Shown here: piece after piece, positions 1 through 7,480 of the stretch
Numbering within the stretch: position 1 is the stretch's first letter
Layout of the letters: every line of letters begins with the position of its first letter
DNA from: a bacterium
GTDB taxonomy: Bacteria > Muiribacteriota > UBA6191
Direction: 5' to 3'
Assembly (NCBI GenBank): GCA_036339875.1
Contig: JAYZAC010000149.1
Span: 1-16,581 of the forward strand
Length of the DNA stretch: 16,581 nt
Position numbers and translations under genes: made by a program
The notes under the pieces: generated by a model
Told to the model about the DNA's origin: nothing
The model's database searches: none
What the model saw: only the letters and a program-made list of their open reading frames with translations

Positions 1-1356
1 CGCAGAATAACAATCAATCTTGCGCCTGCAAATTTACCTAAATACGGTACCCATTTGGACTTAGCTATGGCAATAAGCCTACTGAAAGCAAGTGGACAGA
101 TTAAAACTAATTTTGCTAAAAACCATTACGCTCTGGGGGAATTAAGCCTAATGGGACAATTCAAATTTAGTCCACAATGCTTCAATTTAATTCTTGGAGC
201 TTTACAACAAAACTCACTCAATAAATTCATTTTCCCTTATTCATTATCTATAAAAATGACTGACGTTTCTGTCTCTGCAATTCTCTTAAAAAACTTAGCC
301 TGTTTAAAGAATATAAATTATCAAAAACATAGTTCGAAGCGTAATGATGAGCAAATATTTTCTAAAGATATTGATCTAGATATTTTTTCGGACATTATTG
401 GTCAATATAGTGCTCGTAGGGCCCTTCAAATTAGTCTAGCAGGACATCATCATCTTTTACTTGTTGGACCTCCTGGATGCGGTAAATCCCTGATTGCAGA
501 CAAATTAAAACTCTTACCTAATCTTTTAGACAAACAGGAAAGTTGGCAATCTAAAAGGCTATTTCATATGACCAATTACGAAACTGAAATAAATTCGGCT
601 GGAATACCGGTACGCTGCCCTCATCATAGTGCATCAATAAAAGGCATCTTAGGAGGCGGTAGACCTATCATGCCAGGTGAGGTAAGCCTTTCCCACAGAG
701 GCTATTTAATTCTAGATGAACTGCCTGAGTTTAAGCGCAATGTGCTCGAGTCATTGAGACAGATTATGCAAAATTATAAAGTTCATTTGAGTCATGGTTT
801 TGAAAAAAGTATTTTTCCTGCTGTTAGCACGGTTTTAGCTACTATGAACCCTTGTCCCTGCGGCTATTACAATTCTAGTATTTCTGGTGCTATATGTAGA
901 TGTACTCCTCAGCAAATTCATAATTACCAATCTCGTATTAGCGGACCTCTTCTTGACAGATTTGGGATGAGTATAAGTCTTCAATTAGATGACAATTTCC
1001 ATCTCAGAAAAGAATGTCCATTCAATCTAAAGGAATATTGGGAATCAATATTAAAAGCAAGAAAACTACAAATAAATCGATATGAGAAAAACTACAATTC
1101 TAATACGACCTTCAGCACTTATTTTAATGGACAGATAAGTGAACAAGATTTTCAAAAATTTAGCGGAATCTTACCAGGTAAATTTAAGAAGCTATCAAGC
1201 TTAAAAATATCTAATCGAAAACATTCTCAATTACTTCGAATTGCACAGACAATTGCAGACTTAGAAGAGTCCCATGTCACACAAGAGCACTTTGATGAAG
1301 CGATTTACCTCCAGCAATTCGTGCAATTCTCATATCATTCTGAAAGAAAGAGATAA
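1..1356 (+). CDS. comM: ComM/YifB family Mg-chelatase-like AAA+ ATPase (5'-truncated by the window edge)
   Basis: The frame is open from base 1 (RRITINLAPANLPKYGTHLDLAMAI, the family ITINLAPA-LPK-G motif), so the track start at 55 is not the real start. Motifs: GELSL; Walker A GPPGCGKS; PHHSAS..GGG; PGEVSLSHRGYLILDELPEF (Walker B); NPCPCGY..CRC; SGPLLDRF; RIAQTIADL. Stop TAA at 1354-1356. Confidence 0.95.
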   Translation, partial: RRITINLAPANLPKYGTHLDLAMAISLLKASGQIKTNFAKNHYALGELSLMGQFKFSPQCFNLILGALQQNSLNKFIFPYSLSIKMTDVSVSAILLKNLACLKNINYQKHSSKRNDEQIFSKDIDLDIFSDIIGQYSARRALQISLAGHHHLLLVGPPGCGKSLIADKLKLLPNLLDKQESWQSKRLFHMTNYETEINSAGIPVRCPHHSASIKGILGGGRPIMPGEVSLSHRGYLILDELPEFKRNVLESLRQIMQNYKVHLSHGFEKSIFPAVSTVLATMNPCPCGYYNSSISGAICRCTPQQIHNYQSRISGPLLDRFGMSISLQLDDNFHLRKECPFNLKEYWESILKARKLQINRYEKNYNSNTTFSTYFNGQISEQDFQKFSGILPGKFKKLSSLKISNRKHSQLLRIAQTIADLEESHVTQEHFDEAIYLQQFVQFSYHSERKR

Positions 1357-1357
1357 A

Positions 1358-1891
1358 ATGATAATTCATGTAAATTTACTTATCACTTTATTTCATTTTC
1401 TAATAACAAATAACTTAATTTCGAAAACGTATCCTCTTGAACATGAATTAACAAGAATTGAGGAGTTCTGTGAGCTGCCATCCAAATCTTGGAACGGCTG
1501 TCCCCAAAATACCTTATTGGGATGGGAAAATCATGACAAGAGACTTCAACGCTGGTATCAATTTATAAATCCAGATCAAATTCATTTAGACTATCTATCG
1601 TTTCTAAGATATAAGCTTAAAAATGATGATAGCGATGAGCACAATACTATTATCTACCTAAATTATGCTCCTCTTATTTATGCACGAGCATGTCAATTCA
1701 GAAAATCCATGAGTCCCTATCAAAGATTTCAAAGATTATTAGTCTGGGTTATGACACATAAAATGAATCCCATTAGATCTGGTTCAATCCGTCCATATTT
1801 TTGGCAGATATTAACCCTGCAATCTACACTTCAACGTAAACATGAAGAGCTAAATTCAGTATGCTTCAAACGACTACAAAATCAACAATAA
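1358..1891 (+). CDS. Hypothetical protein, about 177 aa, with a hydrophobic N-terminus (possibly exported)
   Basis: ATG at 1358 lies 1 nt after the comM stop and gives MIIHVNLLITLFHFLITNNLIS. This is more plausible than the track start at 1274, which overlaps comM by 83 nt. The ORF fills the gap up to the convergent gene. No recognisable motif. Confidence 0.65.
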   Translation: MIIHVNLLITLFHFLITNNLISKTYPLEHELTRIEEFCELPSKSWNGCPQNTLLGWENHDKRLQRWYQFINPDQIHLDYLSFLRYKLKNDDSDEHNTIIYLNYAPLIYARACQFRKSMSPYQRFQRLLVWVMTHKMNPIRSGSIRPYFWQILTLQSTLQRKHEELNSVCFKRLQNQQ

Positions 1892-1915
1892 TCCAATAAT
1901 TCGAAATTTAGAATA

Positions 1916-4078
1916 TTAACCACCAATTTTTTTCAGCAGTTCCTTAGCATCTTTTTGAACTCTTTGATCACCGGTTGATAAAGCTTTTAATTTTAATGCC
2001 ATCCTTAAATGATTTTTGGCTTCATCTTTTCGATTCATCGCTATTAAAAGATCAGCCATTTTATACTGTCCGTAGATTTGATTAGGATTATTCTCTAGAG
2101 AAGTTCTATATAATTGAAGCGCATCATCTCGAGACTTTTCTGGAAGCTTACCCAAAAACGATCTAGCAAAGGCTTTGAGTATCCAACTCAATTTTGATAT
2201 TTCCCAGTAATAGGTAGCTAAAATAGAATATGGTCTTCCTAAATTAGGATTAAGTTCAATTGCTTTTTGACAGTAACCCTCTACAGCACCACCAATTCGA
2301 ATTTTATCTTTACCACTTTTGAATCTAGCTAGATTACCTGTGCTGACAGCTAATAACAAATAGGTCTCAGCTCGCTCCGGATGATGCGTTTTTAACTTCT
2401 CTGTGTATTCTAGCGACTTTTTTAAAATGTTTTCAGCTTGCGCTTTTTGGCCCTCCGCAAACATATCAAGACCAATTGAATCATGAATACGAGCTAATCT
2501 ACTCAGTAGATCAAAATTATTCTTATCTGGATGAAGCTGTTCTAACTGCAAATATAATTTCTGAGCCTCGACATTTTTGAAATTTAAGTAGAGCATATCA
2601 CCCTGCATTTGTAGGGCTTTAAGGCGAATCTCAAGAGTTTTTGTTCCCGAATCAGATGCAAGTAAATCAAGAACCTTTTGAGGCTTTTTCATGGCAAGGT
2701 ATACTTGGCCTAATTCTAACACGCTATCTGGTTGCGTTTTCTGGGCTTCCAATAGCCATTTAATTGCTTCTTCTAATTGCTTTTGCTTCCGATAATAACG
2801 GCCCAAACGTAGTTGCGCGATACCATCCCCTTTTTTTGCTAAGGCAATAGATTTTGTTACTGCTAAAGATGGGTTAGTCTCAAATAATTTATCCAACGTT
2901 TCGGAACCATCCTTTGTTACTTTTTTAGGGGGTGGTTTCAAAGTTTCTTTAGCACTCTTCCCAACGACCAATGCAAGTTGTTTTTGACGTTTTTCATTAA
3001 AGCCGGCTAAACCTTCTTCTAGTAACTGCGCAAGCTGTTTTTTCTCTTTTTGTGTGAGGAGTTTTTCTATATACAGATGAGCCTTATATTTTTCATCTTG
3101 ACGAGATGCAAGATTAAACCAACTCGCTGCTAAAACAATATCTTTCTTGACACCTCGACCCGTTAGATAGCTATGTCCTAAATTAAATTGGGCTTGAGTA
3201 TGTCCGCCTAGTGCGGCCTTATTCCACCAATAAAAACTGTCTTCATGACTACTCTCATTAATTTGAGAATCATAATGTAATTGTCCTAACTCAAACTGCG
3301 CATCAATATTGCCTAGTTTAGCTGCTTGTCGCAGATTAGATATTCCTGCTTCAGAACTTTCAGATTGACTCTTATGATGACTGTATATTAAAAAATGGGC
3401 CTTCGAACTATTCGATTCAGCGGCCTGCTGGAGAACCTCTAAAGTTTCATTATTGGATAATTTATAAATAGCTGCAGAAGCCTGATTAAGTCCGTTATTG
3501 AATGCTTCATAAAGTAACTCTAAAGATTTTTTAGGCATTGCTTTGTGAATACACCAAGCATAATTGTAGGTACCCTCAGGAAAACCTGCTTCATGAGACA
3601 ACTTAAATAACTCACATGCATCAGCACTTGAGTTATCAAGCCTACACAGTCCAGCCTCAAAGTACGCTGCTTTTAGGCCAGATTTGACTGCGCTCTCAAA
3701 TAAGTTGCAAGACTTCACACGTTCTTCTGGCGAACCATGTTTTAAGAGATGAGCCAACTGATAGGTTGCCGCCAGATGGCCTGACTCACTTGCTTGAGTC
3801 CACCATTTTAACGCCTCAGATTTAGATACAGCTACACCATCGCCTCTATAAGACATGTATCCCAAGTTATATGCAGCGTCTGCATCACCTTGTTTCGCTG
3901 CTTTGATAAATAGTTGATATGACTTATTTGGATTTCGATCAACTCCATAAAAATTTGTCCTTAAGAGAGACTGAAAATGCCTTGCCTGTCCCAGCGTTGT
4001 ATCTTGGTAAGTAACTTGGCCAAAGTTCTGTTGATCGACCAATATCACTAAAAATAAATAGATGAAAATCTTAATCAC
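1916..4078 (-). CDS. Exported Sel1-like repeat protein with a C-terminal RMDN1-3-like TPR domain (paralog B, 720 aa)
   Basis: GTG start with GAAAGG 7 nt upstream, and a signal-like MIKIFIYLFLVILV. About 9-10 Sel1 repeats (e.g. GDADAAYNLGYMSYRGDGV, GHTQAQFNLGHSYLTGRGVKKDIVLAASWFNLA), a PPPKK linker, then a helical C-terminal domain shared with the upstream gene. Confidence 0.9.
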   Translation of the reverse strand: MIKIFIYLFLVILVDQQNFGQVTYQDTTLGQARHFQSLLRTNFYGVDRNPNKSYQLFIKAAKQGDADAAYNLGYMSYRGDGVAVSKSEALKWWTQASESGHLAATYQLAHLLKHGSPEERVKSCNLFESAVKSGLKAAYFEAGLCRLDNSSADACELFKLSHEAGFPEGTYNYAWCIHKAMPKKSLELLYEAFNNGLNQASAAIYKLSNNETLEVLQQAAESNSSKAHFLIYSHHKSQSESSEAGISNLRQAAKLGNIDAQFELGQLHYDSQINESSHEDSFYWWNKAALGGHTQAQFNLGHSYLTGRGVKKDIVLAASWFNLASRQDEKYKAHLYIEKLLTQKEKKQLAQLLEEGLAGFNEKRQKQLALVVGKSAKETLKPPPKKVTKDGSETLDKLFETNPSLAVTKSIALAKKGDGIAQLRLGRYYRKQKQLEEAIKWLLEAQKTQPDSVLELGQVYLAMKKPQKVLDLLASDSGTKTLEIRLKALQMQGDMLYLNFKNVEAQKLYLQLEQLHPDKNNFDLLSRLARIHDSIGLDMFAEGQKAQAENILKKSLEYTEKLKTHHPERAETYLLLAVSTGNLARFKSGKDKIRIGGAVEGYCQKAIELNPNLGRPYSILATYYWEISKLSWILKAFARSFLGKLPEKSRDDALQLYRTSLENNPNQIYGQYKMADLLIAMNRKDEAKNHLRMALKLKALSTGDQRVQKDAKELLKKIGG
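2108..2353 (-). repeat. Diverged duplicated coding segment, copy 1 (copy 2 at 4256..4501)
   Basis: Hand alignment from LAVSTGNLAR to DDALQLY against the upstream paralog is ungapped with 62/82 aa identical. Many nucleotide differences fall at third codon positions. Confidence 0.9.
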
Positions 4079-6709
4079 TCAAGAGCCTTTCTTTAATTCA
4101 TCAAGAATCCTTTGATCTCCTGAATTCTTAGCTTTTAATCCCATTAAGATTTTTCGATGTTTCTTCGCATTATCTTTTTGACCCATAGCATCGTATAACT
4201 GCGCAATCTTATAATGCCCATAGATTTGATTATTATCCTTCTGTAATCCAGTTAGATATAATTGCAAAGCATCATCTCTCGTCTTGTCCGGAAGTTTACC
4301 CAGAAAAGATTTAGCAAAAGCTTTTAGCATCCAATTCAACTTAGAAATTTCCCAATAATATGTTGCTAAAATGACATAGGGTCGTCCAACATTTGCATCG
4401 GTTTCAATAGCTTTTAGACAATAGCCTTCAATTTTACTTCCAATCTGCACCCTTTCTTTACCGCCCTTAAACCGTGCTAAATTACCAGTTGTTACTGCCA
4501 AATACACATATGCTTGTGCATCATTAGGAAAACTTTTCTGCCAAACTGAGGCAGATTCCATAGCAGCCATCAAAACTTTCTCGGCTTCGCCTTTTTTACC
4601 TGCATTAAAAAGGTCTAATCCAAGTGAATCTTTAGCTTTTGTGACAGCCCATAAAACTTTTGGATGATTCGGTTTAGATTTTAATAGCTGCTCGAAAATT
4701 TTTAATGCTTTCTCGTTTTGATATGACTTATATGCGGTTTCACCAAGTTTCATATCTAATTGAAATAAATCTTCTTTAGCTTCTTTAATTCCATTCTCTG
4801 AAGCTTTAATAAGCCATTGACGTGCCTTCTCTAAATCTAATTTATTACCTTGTTGGTTTATAATCATTTTTGATAAATCAAAGCAAGCTTCTCCATGTCC
4901 CTGAGCGGCAGCTTTACTGAGCCAATTGAATGCCTCATCATAATTTTGTGGCGTTCCTTCCCCATTAAAATAAAGTTTTGCTAGGTCATATTGTGCTTTA
5001 ATAGATCCACTTTCAGCCTTCTCAGTTAGAGCTTTCAATGGGCTCACTACTTTTTTAACAGGCTTAGGTTTCTCTAATTTTTTTACTGTTTTTTTAAGGG
5101 TTTTTGGTTTAGTGGCCAGTTTTTTAGCCTTAGCTATACGAGCATTACCCATATTCAATTCTAGCTCAGTTAATTTTTTCTGAGAATCTGGCCAATTTTG
5201 CTTTGCCAAAGAACTCAATAAGACCCAAGCTCTTAAATCATTGCTATCCCCACCGATACCCTTTTGATACATATCTGCTAAATCCTGACTCGCAAGAGAA
5301 TGTCCCTGAGCACTGGCGAGTTCATAGAATTCACGTGCCTTAGAATGATCAACCTTTCCTTGCAGCCCAAGCTGATAAATCTTACCAACCAAATATTGAG
5401 CTTCAGCGTCTGATCTGGTGCTAAGTACTTCAAGGCGTGATAATTCTCTAGCTGATTCCAACTCGACGCCCGGCCCAACAATTGTTAGAAAACCTAGTAA
5501 AGATGCTGAAGCTGCATGCCCTCGAGCGGAGGCATCTTCAAGGAGTTTTATGGATTTTCTAAGATCTCTTATACCTCCTAGCCCCAAAAGTAAATTCAAA
5601 GCATGTCGATACATAGCTTCGCGCTGACCTGTCAACGCCGCATTAGCATTAAACTCAAAGCTTGGTTTCTTCCATTCACGCAGATTTCTGGGCAAGTTTT
5701 CTACCACATAACCTAGTTGACGATTACTTTGGTTAGTGAACAGGTTATGTGGCCATGGAGACTCAGACAATAATTTAAACTCACTGGACGGGATTTCTTT
5801 ATAAGGAATAATCCAACCAGAGTCGGCTAATCGTACTGGTCCCAATGAAGCTAGCTTTTCAGCTAATTCAATTTGCTTTGAATCATAGGCTGGCAGTAAT
5901 TTATCGTATGTATCCATTGAGGGCTCAAAGTTTTGATTGATTGCTATCTTTAACCAAGCCAATGCCAAAATTGGTTGTTTATTTACTATTGTCCCATTGT
6001 AGAGAACCCTAGATAATTCGTGCATGGCTCTTCGAGAACCCTGCCTCGCTGCCATTAAATAATAATGACGTGATTTTCCAAGATGCTTCGGCAGACCATA
6101 GCCCCTCTCGTATCGCATAGCGAGGGTTAACATCGCCTTCCACTCTCCTGCATCGGAGGCCTTTCGTAAAAATGATAATCCCAGATTGCTATCTTTAGTA
6201 GTGATCTTACCGTCTAAAAGTAAGATGCCAGCTCGCACAGCAGCCTTCATATTACCTTGCTTAGCAGCATCGATATCCCATTGAATTTGTTTTTTAACTA
6301 ATAATTTTTGTGCATTTATAAATTGTTGATCATTCAGCTCATCACTTATTACTTTGAGCATCTCGACAGCCGGTCCAAAACCAGCTTCCTTTGATAACTT
6401 CATCCACATCCACGATGATTCTAGAGATTTTTTACCAAGATCACCATTGAATTGACTAACCGCCAAATTATATTGCGCAGGAGCATGACCAGCAACAGCT
6501 GCCTGACTCAACCAATGTAAGGCCTCTTTATGAAACTCCACTCCTTTTTTCTCCAAAAGTCTACCCAGATTGTGCATTGCATCCAAGTCACCCGTTAAAA
6601 CCTGACTTCTTAGGAGTGTCTCATAATCTTTTTTTGGATCTGACCATACAGTTAATGTACAAATCGCTATGAAAAATATGAATCGCAGTAAAGAAATCAT
6701 ATTACCCAT
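4079..6709 (-). CDS. Exported Sel1-like repeat protein with a C-terminal RMDN1-3-like TPR domain (paralog A, 876 aa)
   Basis: Signal peptide-like MISLLRFIFFIAICTLTVWS (start ATG at 6709 or 6700). About 11 Sel1 repeats (e.g. GSIKAQYDLAKLYFNGEGTPQNYDEAFNWLSKAAAQG), a Lys/Pro linker, and a C-terminal domain paralogous to that of 1916..4078. Confidence 0.9.
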   Translation of the reverse strand: MGNMISLLRFIFFIAICTLTVWSDPKKDYETLLRSQVLTGDLDAMHNLGRLLEKKGVEFHKEALHWLSQAAVAGHAPAQYNLAVSQFNGDLGKKSLESSWMWMKLSKEAGFGPAVEMLKVISDELNDQQFINAQKLLVKKQIQWDIDAAKQGNMKAAVRAGILLLDGKITTKDSNLGLSFLRKASDAGEWKAMLTLAMRYERGYGLPKHLGKSRHYYLMAARQGSRRAMHELSRVLYNGTIVNKQPILALAWLKIAINQNFEPSMDTYDKLLPAYDSKQIELAEKLASLGPVRLADSGWIIPYKEIPSSEFKLLSESPWPHNLFTNQSNRQLGYVVENLPRNLREWKKPSFEFNANAALTGQREAMYRHALNLLLGLGGIRDLRKSIKLLEDASARGHAASASLLGFLTIVGPGVELESARELSRLEVLSTRSDAEAQYLVGKIYQLGLQGKVDHSKAREFYELASAQGHSLASQDLADMYQKGIGGDSNDLRAWVLLSSLAKQNWPDSQKKLTELELNMGNARIAKAKKLATKPKTLKKTVKKLEKPKPVKKVVSPLKALTEKAESGSIKAQYDLAKLYFNGEGTPQNYDEAFNWLSKAAAQGHGEACFDLSKMIINQQGNKLDLEKARQWLIKASENGIKEAKEDLFQLDMKLGETAYKSYQNEKALKIFEQLLKSKPNHPKVLWAVTKAKDSLGLDLFNAGKKGEAEKVLMAAMESASVWQKSFPNDAQAYVYLAVTTGNLARFKGGKERVQIGSKIEGYCLKAIETDANVGRPYVILATYYWEISKLNWMLKAFAKSFLGKLPDKTRDDALQLYLTGLQKDNNQIYGHYKIAQLYDAMGQKDNAKKHRKILMGLKAKNSGDQRILDELKKGS
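4256..4501 (-). repeat. Diverged duplicated coding segment, copy 2 (copy 1 at 2108..2353)
   Basis: LAVTTGNLAR...DDALQLY, 62/82 aa identical to copy 1. Confidence 0.9.
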
Positions 6710-7370
6710 ATACCCGAATTAGAGTTTCTTTAAAATCATGGATACCGGCTTCGATAAATTTTGGATTTTGAGGTCGAAGAGAGCGTTCCTCTACAATTTC
6801 CACACAATAACCTTTCTTAGTCATGATCTTATGAACTTCTTCAAAATCTACGGGAAATGGTGGACCAAAATCAGGCTCAGCATCAAAACTAAATAACAAG
6901 CATAACCAGTCAAGCCTATCGATATTTAACTCATCCACTTGATCGTAATAAGCAAATCTCATATCTGGGGGTAAAGCTACTAATGCTGCTCGATCCCATA
7001 TCTTCAAGGATCCTTTGCGTTTTTTAATATCCGCAGCATTGAGATTAAAAAAATCAGCGCAATAGAGTTTAAAGTCTAGGTTTCTAAAGCAATCTACCGA
7101 TTCACGTACAGAAATCTTCTCTAGATTCAGTGAAAACTTCTTATCAAAATCTAATAATGCCCCTTCACAGAATTCTACTCCTGTAACATGGTGCCCTGCA
7201 CGATGAATTTCCCACATATCAACACTTCGGCCACACAAAGGAACAAAAATGGTTTCGTAAGATTCTGAAAGCCAAGATGGTAAGACCTTCTTGAGGTAAT
7301 AATTAGTCTCGCCCTGATCGAAGCCAAGTCGTTGTTCTTTCCACACCTGTTTCCAAAAATCTAATTTCAA
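6702..7370 (-). CDS. tpm: Thiopurine S-methyltransferase family SAM-dependent methyltransferase
   Basis: FW..W...LGF N-terminus; IFVPLCGRSVDM (family motif I); GHHVTGVEF; ADFF; WDRAALVALPPDMR..Y; GPPF.V. TTG start. The 3' end overlaps the ATG at 6709 by 8 nt. Confidence 0.92.
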   Translation of the reverse strand: MKLDFWKQVWKEQRLGFDQGETNYYLKKVLPSWLSESYETIFVPLCGRSVDMWEIHRAGHHVTGVEFCEGALLDFDKKFSLNLEKISVRESVDCFRNLDFKLYCADFFNLNAADIKKRKGSLKIWDRAALVALPPDMRFAYYDQVDELNIDRLDWLCLLFSFDAEPDFGPPFPVDFEEVHKIMTKKGYCVEIVEERSLRPQNPKFIEAGIHDFKETLIRVYG

Positions 7371-7422
7371 GCCAACAATCCGTTTTATATCTTTGTTTTA
7401 GAATGTCCATATCAAACCATAT

Positions 7423-7451
7423 TTGCAAGGTAATGACAAAGGCACTACATT
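7423..7451 (+). promoter_or_regulatory. Candidate sigma70-type promoter for the RND operon
   Basis: TTGCAA (7423-7428) - 17 nt - TACATT (7446-7451), each a 4/6 match to consensus, 29 nt upstream of ATG 7481 in the divergent intergenic gap. Confidence 0.4.
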
Positions 7452-7480
7452 GTTTGGCTCATTTGAACTGCGAGAAAATT

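Noticed and set aside
1..1356. comM as an integration hotspot or pseudogene
   Set aside because: The frame is intact through the C-terminal motifs, and there is no integrase, att-like duplication or split gene in the window.
4010..4081. In-frame TGA as selenocysteine or genome-wide TGA recoding (tempting given the neighbouring tpm)
   Set aside because: There is no SECIS-like hairpin immediately 3' of the TGA and no redox motif context. All long ORFs are intact under code 11, and the downstream gene has its own SD-like site and signal peptide.
5278..5627. Track ORFs 5278..5481 (-) and 5418..5627 (+)
   Set aside because: Short alternative-frame or antisense ORFs inside a well-supported Sel1 gene, with no motifs.
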